Of a stretch of 55,693 bases of DNA, positions 46,327 to 55,318 are shown in pieces (the stretch's first letter is position 1; each line of letters starts with the position of its first letter). The notes beneath the pieces were generated by a model that was not told where the DNA came from, searched no databases, and worked only from the letters and a program-made list of their open reading frames with translations. Made by a program: the position numbers and the translations under genes. The DNA comes from a virus (taxonomy: Duplodnaviria; Caudoviricetes): positions 1 to 55,693 of IMG/VR virus record IMGVR_UViG_3300030109_001698; one strand, given 5' to 3'.

Positions 46327-48525
46327 ATGAAAAAAATACTTCTGCTATTGTTATTACCTATAATAACCTTTGCTCAAAAAGAGGTTATTATACATATAAA
46401 AACAGATAGTTATCCAGGGGAGACTAAATGGACTTTATATAAAGACGCTTATCAAGGAGATACATTAGCGTTTGTTAATTATGGTCATTATACATCTGTT
46501 AGCACTATGAATAGTGATACTGTTTATATTCCAGATAGTATAACTAATATATCTTGGGTTATATTTGATCAATATGGAGATGGTATAACTAATGGCGAGT
46601 ATTACATTACTATATGTGGTGATACAATAGTTAATTATCCTGCTAGTACTTTTACCACGGGATTAATACATAACAGAGTTGTACCACAGTGCATGCCGCA
46701 ACCACCACCACTACAAATGGTGCCTGCGAAAGTTATAATAAATTTAGATCAATATCAAAGTGAAACAAGTTGGGATATAAAAGATACAAATGGAACAACC
46801 TATGCTTCTGGAAGTGGTTATAACGCTCAACCTGATTACGCTACTATAGTTATTCCAGTTCAGATACCAAAAGGACCTTTAGTATTTACTATATACGATA
46901 CTTATGGAGACGGATTAAATGGTAGTTTATGGCAAGGACAAGATGGTTCTTATTATTTAAAACAATGTAATGATACATTAATATATGGAACTGATCCTGC
47001 GTTTGGTAATGATACTTCGCATGTATTTGTTTCTGATTCTTGTCCACCTATATTAGGATGTACAGATGATGATTACGTAGAGTGGAACCCTTTTGCAGAT
47101 GTAGACGATGGTAGTTGTCAGACTTTGAAAATATTTGGGTGTACAGATAGCACAATGCACAATTACGATCCAAATGCTAATACAATGGAACTAATAGATA
47201 CCTGTGTTTATACGTTAGTATTACATGATTTAATGGGTAATGGCTGGGTAGGATCTCATTTAAAGTTAATACATCCTGACACATCGTACCAATTTACTCA
47301 CGCCGGTGGATTTGACGATGTATATTATGTAGGATTAACTGCGCCAGACCCTGTTACGTTTAGATTCCACATATCTTCACAAGCTAGTTTAACAACAATA
47401 GAATGTGGCTTTACTTTTATAAATCCAGAAGGCGATACACTTATAAGTATACAACCTCCGTTTATACAGCCTTTATTACCATATCACATTATAACAAATT
47501 GTGGCAACACTTGTGAAGAAAAAGTTTTTGGATGTTTAGATCCGTTAGCTATTAATTATGACAGTGTTGCAAACACCAGTGATAGTAGTTGTTATTACAC
47601 ACCTGGTTGTACTAATTCTTCGTATTTAGAATATTATACCCAAGGATTTGTAGCTGACTATGATGATGGTAGCTGTATTATAAAAGCAGTGTGGGGATGT
47701 ATGGATAGTACAGCTTTTAATTATGATTCAACTGCAAATATAGACAACGGAGGGTGCGTTCCGGTTATATATGGGTGTATGGAAAGTTTGGCATTTAATT
47801 ATGACCCATTAGCAAATACGCCTGATACGTGTATAGCATACTTGTACGGTTGTACCGATCCCACAATGTTTAATTATAATCCATTAGCTAACTCTGACGA
47901 TGGAAGTTGTATTGCTTTTGTTTATGGCTGTATGGATTCTACAATGTTTAATTATAATCCTTTAGCAAATGCTTCTAGCAATCTCGTTCCTTGTATTCCT
48001 TATACTTATGGTTGTACTGACCCAAGTATGTCCAACTATAATCCAGAAGCTAATACAGAAGACTTTAGTTGCGTACCATTTATTTATGGGTGTATGGATT
48101 CTACTGCTCTTAATTACGATTCAACTGCTAATACGGACAACGGTTCTTGTATCGAAATTGTTACGGGTTGTATGGATCAAAACGCTTGGAATTACGATAT
48201 CTTGGCGAACGTCCACGATACTAGCTCTTGTCTTTATGACGCTGGTTGTGTTACTGGGCCTGGTAATCCTTATTGGTTAAACGATCCTTGTTACGAGTGG
48301 GTAATATTAGTTGATGAGTATTGTTGCGAAAATGAGTGGGACACAATTTGCCAAGCTACGTACAATCATTGTAAAGGAACTTGGACAGGCCCATTGCCAA
48401 AAAGATTAGATAAAGAATTATTAATGGTAACAGATATATTAGGTAGACCAGCAAAGCCGGGTAATAATAAAATATTGTTCTTTATATATAGTGACGGAAC
48501 AGTAGAAAAGAGATTAACAAAATGA
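46327..48525 (+). CDS. Secreted Cys-repeat protein with T9SS-like C-terminal domain
   Basis: Signal TFA|Q; 11 GCxD repeats; C-terminus TDILGR...FIYSDGTVEKR. Confidence 0.85.
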   Translation: MKKILLLLLLPIITFAQKEVIIHIKTDSYPGETKWTLYKDAYQGDTLAFVNYGHYTSVSTMNSDTVYIPDSITNISWVIFDQYGDGITNGEYYITICGDTIVNYPASTFTTGLIHNRVVPQCMPQPPPLQMVPAKVIINLDQYQSETSWDIKDTNGTTYASGSGYNAQPDYATIVIPVQIPKGPLVFTIYDTYGDGLNGSLWQGQDGSYYLKQCNDTLIYGTDPAFGNDTSHVFVSDSCPPILGCTDDDYVEWNPFADVDDGSCQTLKIFGCTDSTMHNYDPNANTMELIDTCVYTLVLHDLMGNGWVGSHLKLIHPDTSYQFTHAGGFDDVYYVGLTAPDPVTFRFHISSQASLTTIECGFTFINPEGDTLISIQPPFIQPLLPYHIITNCGNTCEEKVFGCLDPLAINYDSVANTSDSSCYYTPGCTNSSYLEYYTQGFVADYDDGSCIIKAVWGCMDSTAFNYDSTANIDNGGCVPVIYGCMESLAFNYDPLANTPDTCIAYLYGCTDPTMFNYNPLANSDDGSCIAFVYGCMDSTMFNYNPLANASSNLVPCIPYTYGCTDPSMSNYNPEANTEDFSCVPFIYGCMDSTALNYDSTANTDNGSCIEIVTGCMDQNAWNYDILANVHDTSSCLYDAGCVTGPGNPYWLNDPCYEWVILVDEYCCENEWDTICQATYNHCKGTWTGPLPKRLDKELLMVTDILGRPAKPGNNKILFFIYSDGTVEKRLTK
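47056..48235 (+). repeat. Coding repeats GC(T/M/L)D-x4-NY-x2-AN-x-D-x-GSC, 11 copies
   Basis: Counted in the translation; 2 plus 9 copies separated by a globular domain. Confidence 0.85.
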
Positions 48526-49640
48526 AAAAACTATTACTATTATTACTAACTATTTTAATGTCTTGCGCCACTACAAAAACTTGTTGTGGACAGTTTAGTT
48601 ATAAAGGTTATGATTATGATATTCAAGATATTTTAAAAAATCAATTAAAGTTCTCTACTATATACGGAGCGGTAAACGGTGGTACATCTATATCTGACAT
48701 TAAACAGTTTTCAGTTATAGACGGTTTACAAACATCAATGATAGAAACTCCTTATGATTATTCTTTTACTTTAGGTATAAGAAAAATTGCAAGGTTTGGA
48801 TATGAAAATAAAGCCCAAACATTTTACGATGGTACAGAATCTAACTACACAGACGCTGCTACTGTAGGTAAAGTACAGGGTTTTGAATATTTATTTGAAA
48901 TAGACTACGCTAGACAGCAGGGTTTAGATTATATAGACCAACATCATTTTATTAGATACAGTTCTGATGATAATTGCGATGGACCTTTATGTATAGATCA
49001 CTTCGCTGCTAAAGTAGAATATTTAAAAGATGGTTTCGCTGATGTAGAGTATTTCGAGTTATCAGAAAGGTATAGATACAAGAAAGACAAAAACTTAGCG
49101 TTTAGTATAGGTGCTGCGCATAGACTGGCAGAGCCATACGGTTATGATCCGCTAAAAGAATGGATCTTGGATAATGGCAATTTGCATTACACTTACTTAG
49201 CAATACAAGAGGGGTATACGATAGATGTAGCAAATAGTGAGTATAAAGATCCAAGCGGAAACACCGTTGCTAACAGTGCTGACGTTTGGAAAGAAGTTGT
49301 TATACCACAAGTACTAGCGGATTATACTACAAGAAAAAGAAACGAATTAAGTAGAGTTATACAGCATTCATTGGTGATAGGTTTTGATTACTATAACTAC
49401 AGTAAGAGTTATTGGTTACATGCTTGGGGTAATTTACTACCTTACCACTACAACGATGGTAGTGAGTTTAGCTATCATAATTATATAGACGAAGATCAAT
49501 GGTATGATTATTCTGGTGGAATTATATTTGGTAGAAAGTTAGATAAACAATTAGGTATATTTGCAGAAGGTAAATATAATAAGTATTGGAATAGAGAATG
49601 GTATGATTTTAAGTTTGGCGTTAACTATATAATAAGATAA
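48522..49640 (+). CDS. Putative outer-membrane beta-barrel protein
   Basis: Signal peptide; Tyr/Gly-rich alternating strands; ends YDFKFGVNYIIR. Confidence 0.7.
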   Translation: MKKLLLLLLTILMSCATTKTCCGQFSYKGYDYDIQDILKNQLKFSTIYGAVNGGTSISDIKQFSVIDGLQTSMIETPYDYSFTLGIRKIARFGYENKAQTFYDGTESNYTDAATVGKVQGFEYLFEIDYARQQGLDYIDQHHFIRYSSDDNCDGPLCIDHFAAKVEYLKDGFADVEYFELSERYRYKKDKNLAFSIGAAHRLAEPYGYDPLKEWILDNGNLHYTYLAIQEGYTIDVANSEYKDPSGNTVANSADVWKEVVIPQVLADYTTRKRNELSRVIQHSLVIGFDYYNYSKSYWLHAWGNLLPYHYNDGSEFSYHNYIDEDQWYDYSGGIIFGRKLDKQLGIFAEGKYNKYWNREWYDFKFGVNYIIR

Positions 49641-49642
49641 CA

Positions 49643-50164
49643 GTGTTTCAAGATTTTAATATAAAACCGTACTTAAATAAAAAACCGCCTAATGATAATT
49701 CTATAACTACAAAAGGTGAAATAAAAGAATTAGTTAATATACCTATTAAAGAAAATTTTATAAAAGAAAAAGATGATATTAAAAAATCTTTTAGTAAAAT
49801 TGTACCAGAAGATAAATTAATACAAAAACTTATTGATGAGTCCGCTCCTGTTATAATTAAAATTAAAAAACATCACAATAGGCCTAGACCTAAAGTGATA
49901 GCTAAAAAACTAAAGACAAAAATGCAAGACATGGAAATGGCCTCAATGAAAACACCGTCATATCCATCTGGTCATTCAACGCAAGGTTATTTAATAGGTA
50001 TGGTGTTAAGTGATAAATATCCACAAAAGAGAGATAAACTAATGAAAAACGCTAGAGATATATCTTATAGTAGAAGAGTAGCACATGCTCACTATAAATC
50101 AGATTCTTTGTTTGGCGAAAGAATAGGTAGAGATATGTATCAGCATATAAAAAATAAAACATAA
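49643..50164 (+). CDS. PAP2 / vanadium-haloperoxidase-superfamily phosphatase
   Basis: KKHHNRPRP, PSYPSGHS, SRRVAHAHYKSD; GTG start. Confidence 0.88.
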   Translation: MFQDFNIKPYLNKKPPNDNSITTKGEIKELVNIPIKENFIKEKDDIKKSFSKIVPEDKLIQKLIDESAPVIIKIKKHHNRPRPKVIAKKLKTKMQDMEMASMKTPSYPSGHSTQGYLIGMVLSDKYPQKRDKLMKNARDISYSRRVAHAHYKSDSLFGERIGRDMYQHIKNKT

Positions 50165-50168
50165 TATT

Positions 50169-51101
50169 ATGGCATACTATATGAAAGGAAGCCCAATTAA
50201 ACGGGGTGAAATACAATCAAAAGATTTATTAAACAGTGTTAGAAGTAATCCTTTAAAAACAATGCACGACAAAAAAACCTATACTATACCTGCAGACAAC
50301 ACCGGTGGAGGATGGCATGGTACAAACACTTATGTTCCACCGTATCCAACGGAAGGAGAAGGAATTAGTTACATTACGAGTGATGATGGGAAAAAATACC
50401 CTATCAAAAAAATGGAACTCAAAAATAATGTAGTGGTGGGTTATCCACCTATGTTTGGTAGAGGTAAAGTTCTTAAATACGGTAAAGACATATTGAAAGG
50501 AATTTATAATTATTTCAAAAATCCTGGCAAGACTAAAAAAGTAATAGATGCTGTAAAAAGCGAAGCTAGTTTAATAAAAAACGTTCCTTCACAGGTTACA
50601 AAAAACGTAAAGACTTTTGTTACAAAAAATCCAGGAAAATCTGCTGCAGCTGGAACCTTCGTTGTTGGTAATAAAACTTTAGATGAGTTAGAGAAAATAA
50701 CTGAGAAAAAACAAGATAAAACTAGTGCTGAAGTTGGTGATATACTAAATAGTGAACGAACAGTTTACGAAATAGCCGTTGATAAAGCGAAAGATGAAGG
50801 TGTAGATCTTCGTAAAATTATAAGCGAAAGAGATAATATTCAAATGAATGTAGCTAGTGAAAATTTTGATTTAAATTTTAAAAATGTTGATGGTTGGAAA
50901 AATTACAGAAGTGATATAAAAAATGCAGAAACTCTTAGTAAAATTTACAAAATAGCTAATCAAAACAAAGATTACAAGTTAAAGAAAAGATATATAGATA
51001 AAATGTATACAAGTGTCAAAGGACAAAACGATCCGAACATAACACAAGACACAACAGGAGGAGGTGCTTGGAATATGGTTCCAATAGATATTACGTATTA
51101 A
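50169..51101 (+). CDS. Protein with leader variant
   Basis: MAYYMKGSPIK. Confidence 0.78.
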   Translation: MAYYMKGSPIKRGEIQSKDLLNSVRSNPLKTMHDKKTYTIPADNTGGGWHGTNTYVPPYPTEGEGISYITSDDGKKYPIKKMELKNNVVVGYPPMFGRGKVLKYGKDILKGIYNYFKNPGKTKKVIDAVKSEASLIKNVPSQVTKNVKTFVTKNPGKSAAAGTFVVGNKTLDELEKITEKKQDKTSAEVGDILNSERTVYEIAVDKAKDEGVDLRKIISERDNIQMNVASENFDLNFKNVDGWKNYRSDIKNAETLSKIYKIANQNKDYKLKKRYIDKMYTSVKGQNDPNITQDTTGGGAWNMVPIDITY

Positions 51102-51112
51102 AATTAAAATTT

Positions 51113-51607
51113 ATGAAAAATATAAGTAAACATATTAGCTGGCATGAAGGAACCTACAGCAGAACAGGAGATAGAAGAGGTTTAGATAACACTCCTAATG
51201 AAGAACAAATTAAGTGCATGAAAGAAGTTGCTGAAAATTTGTTTGAACCATTGAGAGAGTGGGTAGGTGGACCTATAAAAATAAATAGCTTTTTTAGAGG
51301 TGAACCAGTTAACACCGCTATAGGTGGTAGTAAATACTCTCAACATATGAAAGGCCAGGCTATAGATATGGATGATACTTTTGGACACAAGACGAACGCA
51401 GAGATGTATCATTATATAAAAGATAATTTAGATTTTGATCAAATGGTTTGGGAATTTGGTACTGAATATCCTAATGGTAACCCTAACTGGGTTCATATTA
51501 GCTGGGTATCAGATAGACCAAATAGAAAACAAGAAGTTATTGCTATTAAAAAAAATGGCAGAACTAAATATATAAAAGATATTGAAGAGTACTTAAAAAA
51601 TAAATAA
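51113..51607 (+). CDS. Peptidase M15 family endolysin
   Basis: INSFFR, N..IGG, SQHMKGQAID, WVHIS; ATG at 51113 preferred to the track start at 51068. Confidence 0.88.
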   Translation: MKNISKHISWHEGTYSRTGDRRGLDNTPNEEQIKCMKEVAENLFEPLREWVGGPIKINSFFRGEPVNTAIGGSKYSQHMKGQAIDMDDTFGHKTNAEMYHYIKDNLDFDQMVWEFGTEYPNGNPNWVHISWVSDRPNRKQEVIAIKKNGRTKYIKDIEEYLKNK

Positions 51608-51608
51608 T

Positions 51609-51941
51609 ATGGATTTTAAAATGAAAGGCTTTAGTGGCTTTGGAAATGAATGTGCTAAATGTGGTAGCCGCCCTTGTGTTTGTGTAGATTCTCCAGCTAA
51701 ATTCTGTGGGCCACACTCAGATTTTGCTAAAGCAGTCGTGAAGATTTCTCATAATATAAAAGATAAAATCAAAACTACTAAAACTAAAATTAAAAAGAAA
51801 AGGGAAACCAATAAAGAATTTAGAAAAAGAAAGAAAAATATAAGAAAGTATGGTAATCCATATGGACAATCCCATACTAATCCTAGAACGTTAAAAAGTA
51901 GCAACATGCGCACTTATGGAACTTTTGAAGGAGACGATTAA
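51609..51941 (+). CDS. Basic protein with FKMKG/SPxK leader
   Basis: MDFKMKGFSGFG, CxxC...CxC, DSPAK. Confidence 0.8.
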   Translation: MDFKMKGFSGFGNECAKCGSRPCVCVDSPAKFCGPHSDFAKAVVKISHNIKDKIKTTKTKIKKKRETNKEFRKRKKNIRKYGNPYGQSHTNPRTLKSSNMRTYGTFEGDD

Positions 51942-51965
51942 ATTTAAAATATAAAATAAATAAAT

Positions 51966-52370
51966 ATGGCGACAACTACAGCAACATTAACTATAAATAG
52001 CACAGATCTTTTAACAGATGAAATATCTTTGTCTACAACTTCAACGCTTACAGGTGCTGGTAATTCTACTGGTCTAACTGGTACTACTGGTTTAGCTAGA
52101 AAAACAGTAGCAGGAGCACACGGTCAATACACTTTGTTTGATGGATCAGATTTTACAGCTGATAAGGCTCATAAATTATATTTAAAAAATACTTCAACAA
52201 CAGCAACTGAATATTTTTTAATAACAGTTAACGCAGAAGACGTAGGGAGACTTTACGCTGGTGATTGGGCTTTAATACCTTGGTCAGCGCATGATAATGA
52301 CTGTGACATTAAAATAGACCCTAGCGCGAACGATATGACGTTAGAATATATGTTATTTACAGACGGATAA
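51966..52370 (+). CDS. Virion protein, paralog 1 of 3
   Basis: MATTTA...GRLYAGDWALIPW...LEY. Confidence 0.8.
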   Translation: MATTTATLTINSTDLLTDEISLSTTSTLTGAGNSTGLTGTTGLARKTVAGAHGQYTLFDGSDFTADKAHKLYLKNTSTTATEYFLITVNAEDVGRLYAGDWALIPWSAHDNDCDIKIDPSANDMTLEYMLFTDG

Positions 52371-52397
52371 AATTAATAATAATAAATAAAAAACAAA

Positions 52398-52832
52398 ATG
52401 GCGACAACAGCAACGATTACATTAACGAGTGCGGACATTGCTGGTGATCCAGTAAATGTCTCAAAAACTGCTACCTGTACAAAAGCAGGTACAACAACTG
52501 ATTTAGACCAATCAACTGGATTAAGTAGAGTTCACTTAAGATCTACAACCAACAAAGTATTACTTGCAGCTAACGCAGAGGGTAATGATTTAGCAGCTAA
52601 GGTTTATATAATAAACAAAGCTACAGATCCTACACTTTATGTTACTATAACTATTAATGCTCAAACTGTTGGTAAACTTTATGCGGGAGATTGGATGTTT
52701 ATTCCTTGGAGTCAAACAGATACTTCTGCTAGTATAGAAATAGCTGCGACTAACTGGACGGCATCAACAGGGGATATACCGATTGAGTATGCTTTATTCC
52801 ATGAAGATACAGATCTTTTAACTGACGCGTAA
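52398..52832 (+). CDS. Virion protein, paralog 2 of 3
   Basis: MATTAT...GKLYAGDWMFIPW...IEY. Confidence 0.8.
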   Translation: MATTATITLTSADIAGDPVNVSKTATCTKAGTTTDLDQSTGLSRVHLRSTTNKVLLAANAEGNDLAAKVYIINKATDPTLYVTITINAQTVGKLYAGDWMFIPWSQTDTSASIEIAATNWTASTGDIPIEYALFHEDTDLLTDA

Positions 52833-52863
52833 AATAAATTATAAATATTAAAAATTAAAAAAT

Positions 52864-53271
52864 ATGGCAACAACAACTGCAGCAATTAGCTTGTCTAGTG
52901 ATGTTACTGATAATACTTTATCGGTTTCAAACGAAGCTAATTTATATACAGCTGGTACTACAACTGGTTTAAACACAATGACTTCTGTTACTAAGGTTTT
53001 AGCTAGCACAAACCAGGTTGATTTAATTACAACTGGTAGTGTTTCTACTACTCATGGTTATGTATATATAAATAATCCTGATGCTGATAGTACTAGACAT
53101 TTTAAAATAACAATAGGTAACGCTGGAACTGGTTCTCCAACTGATACTGAAGAAATAGGTAGACTTTACGGTGGTGATTGGATGTGGTTTCCTTGGGATG
53201 TAGATGATGATATTTGCATTACACCAAGTGATTCCAGTAATATGACTGTAGAGTATATGGTATTTAGTTAA
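52864..53271 (+). CDS. Virion protein, paralog 3 of 3
   Basis: MATTTA...GRLYGGDWMWFPW...VEY. Confidence 0.8.
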   Translation: MATTTAAISLSSDVTDNTLSVSNEANLYTAGTTTGLNTMTSVTKVLASTNQVDLITTGSVSTTHGYVYINNPDADSTRHFKITIGNAGTGSPTDTEEIGRLYGGDWMWFPWDVDDDICITPSDSSNMTVEYMVFS

Positions 53272-53272
53272 G

Positions 53273-53614
53273 ATGGCTTTTACACCATTTCATAATATTA
53301 CAGGGTCAACAGGTGTTCACGTAGAGTTACTACAACCTGGTGATAACGCTAGTAACGTAAAGTCTATAAGTATTTGTAATAAACACGCTACAGCTGACGC
53401 TACAGTAAGTTTATCAATAACTAAACTGTCTGATTATTCTGATAGGAACACAGAAGAAGTTTATTATTTAATTAGTACTTTAGCCATACCATCAGATACA
53501 ACTTTATTACTAGATGATTCTAATTTTTTATCATTTGACAATTCAACTGGTGGTTATTCTTTATTTATAACTGTAGGTTCTTCTGACACTGTAGATGTAC
53601 TAATTAAAAGATAA
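53273..53614 (+). CDS. Putative virion beta-sandwich protein (113 aa)
   Basis: VKSISICN...IPSDTTLLL pattern; Ser/Thr rich. Confidence 0.7.
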   Translation: MAFTPFHNITGSTGVHVELLQPGDNASNVKSISICNKHATADATVSLSITKLSDYSDRNTEEVYYLISTLAIPSDTTLLLDDSNFLSFDNSTGGYSLFITVGSSDTVDVLIKR

Positions 53615-53616
53615 TT

Positions 53617-55080
53617 ATGAAATGGATAGGAACACAAACATTATATGACGGTATAAGATTAGCAGGAAATTCTAAAACAATACAGATTGGTGGTGCTGGT
53701 ACAGGAACGTTAAGTTTAACGGGAAATAAAATAAAGTTATATGATGCTACTAATGATGGTAACCCTACTATTAGCTTAGGATCAGCTGACGCTGAAAGAT
53801 TAAAAATAGAAGCAGTTTATGAAAGTGGCGCACAAGGATTAGATGTTGTTAAGTTTGTAACTCACACTGCTAGTGGTTCATCTAATGATGCTAGGTTTGC
53901 TTTTAACGTAGATGAAACTTTTATTTTTAATATACTAGATAACGGCGTAAGAATTAAAACTAGTGGAGAATTAGAAATAGGTAGTGGTAATACTATATTG
54001 TCTGATAGCAGTGGAACCACAACTTTAAGTAATATTGACGATTTAGATGCTACAACTATAGCTACTTTTAATTCTCATTTAACAGCTGGAGATATAACAG
54101 GTGTAACTGCTGGTAATGGTTTAACTGATGGCGGTACGTCTGGTGACGTAGAAGTAAATGTTGGAGCTGGTACTGGTATTACTGTAAACACTAATGACGT
54201 GGCTATTACAGCCGCACAAACAGGTATAACAAGTGTGTATAACACTAGTTTAAAAGTAGGTAGAGACGCTGATAATCTCATAGATTTTGGTACTACTGAT
54301 AATAAAATATTTTTTAGAGCATCTGGTGCTGATCAAATAGTTTTACAAGACGGTATTTTAGGACCAAGAGTAACAAATGAGATAGATTTAGGAACTGCTA
54401 GCTTTGAATTTAAAGATGCTTATTTTGATGGAACTGTAACTTCAGATGCTTTCGCTGGACCTTTAACTGGTAATGTAACAGGTAATTGTAGTGGTACTGC
54501 TGCCACTGTAACTGGTGGTACTCAAGGTTCTATTACTACGTGTGCAAATCTTACCACAGTTGGAACCATTGGTACTGGAGTTTGGCAAGGAACTGCTATT
54601 GCCTCAGCTTATTTAGACGCTGACACGGCTCATATATCCACAACAAAACAACTAACGCATCACGGTATATCAGATGATATTGATTCTGATGTAGTGTATA
54701 TAAGTTTATTAGAGTCTGATGCTGAGAATACAAGCGCGGCTAATAAACACCTACCTATTATAGCCCCTGCTGCTGGAAAGTTATTAAAGATATTTGTCAG
54801 AACAACAGTAGATCAATCTAGCGAGACCTTTACATGGAAATTATACACTAGAACTATATCACAATCTACAAATGGAGCGGCAACTGAAATTGGGGCACAA
54901 AGTGGAGCAGGTCCTACAAATAAAACTATGGTAACATATGATTTTACTACTGGATTAGATAGTGGTACTAATGTTATTGCTGCAGGTGATAAAGTGCAAA
55001 TATCTTTACAAGCTGGAGATGGCGCTACGGCTAATGGCGGTTATTTTATAACCTGCTTGTGGGAATGGGATTTAAGTTAA
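53617..55080 (+). CDS. Putative tail fibre / receptor-binding protein
   Basis: GDITGVTAGNGL, GPLTGNVTGN, LTTVGTIGTGVWQGT fibre motifs; C-terminal globular head. Confidence 0.75.
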   Translation: MKWIGTQTLYDGIRLAGNSKTIQIGGAGTGTLSLTGNKIKLYDATNDGNPTISLGSADAERLKIEAVYESGAQGLDVVKFVTHTASGSSNDARFAFNVDETFIFNILDNGVRIKTSGELEIGSGNTILSDSSGTTTLSNIDDLDATTIATFNSHLTAGDITGVTAGNGLTDGGTSGDVEVNVGAGTGITVNTNDVAITAAQTGITSVYNTSLKVGRDADNLIDFGTTDNKIFFRASGADQIVLQDGILGPRVTNEIDLGTASFEFKDAYFDGTVTSDAFAGPLTGNVTGNCSGTAATVTGGTQGSITTCANLTTVGTIGTGVWQGTAIASAYLDADTAHISTTKQLTHHGISDDIDSDVVYISLLESDAENTSAANKHLPIIAPAAGKLLKIFVRTTVDQSSETFTWKLYTRTISQSTNGAATEIGAQSGAGPTNKTMVTYDFTTGLDSGTNVIAAGDKVQISLQAGDGATANGGYFITCLWEWDLS

Positions 55081-55106
55081 AAAAAAAGGGGCGTTAGCCC
55101 CTTTAA
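55079..55106. terminator. Terminator between convergent arms (probably bidirectional)
   Basis: A-tract-AAAGGGGC-GTTA-GCCCCTTT; long U-tract on the minus strand. Confidence 0.85.
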
Positions 55107-55307
55107 TTATATAGTAACAGAATTTTTTTGGTTTTGAATTTCAACTCTAATCTGTTGCGCTAAGTTTTTTACTTTTTGCATTGATTTTCTAACCCGTGTT
55201 CCTGCCGAGTTATTACCTTCAACAAATTTTTCTGCATCAGGCATGACTTTTTCAAATTCATCACCCATTTTTTGGAACAATTTAATTACATTATTTTCTC
55301 CGTACAT
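55107..55307 (-). CDS. Histone H1-like (Hc1 family) DNA-binding protein
   Basis: DAEKFVEGNNSAGTRVRKSMQ...R.EIQ, the Bacteroidota Hc1-type signature. Confidence 0.85.
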   Translation of the reverse strand: MYGENNVIKLFQKMGDEFEKVMPDAEKFVEGNNSAGTRVRKSMQKVKNLAQQIRVEIQNQKNSVTI

Positions 55308-55318
55308 ATTTATTTTAT

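Noticed and set aside
47830-47838. TGTATAGCA copy in the Cys-repeat gene
   Set aside because: A single coding occurrence (Cys-Ile-Ala) far from the early cluster; about what chance gives
47056-48235. Diversity-generating retroelement TR/VR pair
   Set aside because: Repeats are diverged protein-level repeats, not adenine-specific, and no reverse transcriptase is in the window
4791-54281. Many minus-strand track ORFs within the late arm, and nested plus-strand ORFs 15094 and 47969
   Set aside because: Shadows of long sense genes, Ser/Phe/Leu-rich, with no leaders or motifs
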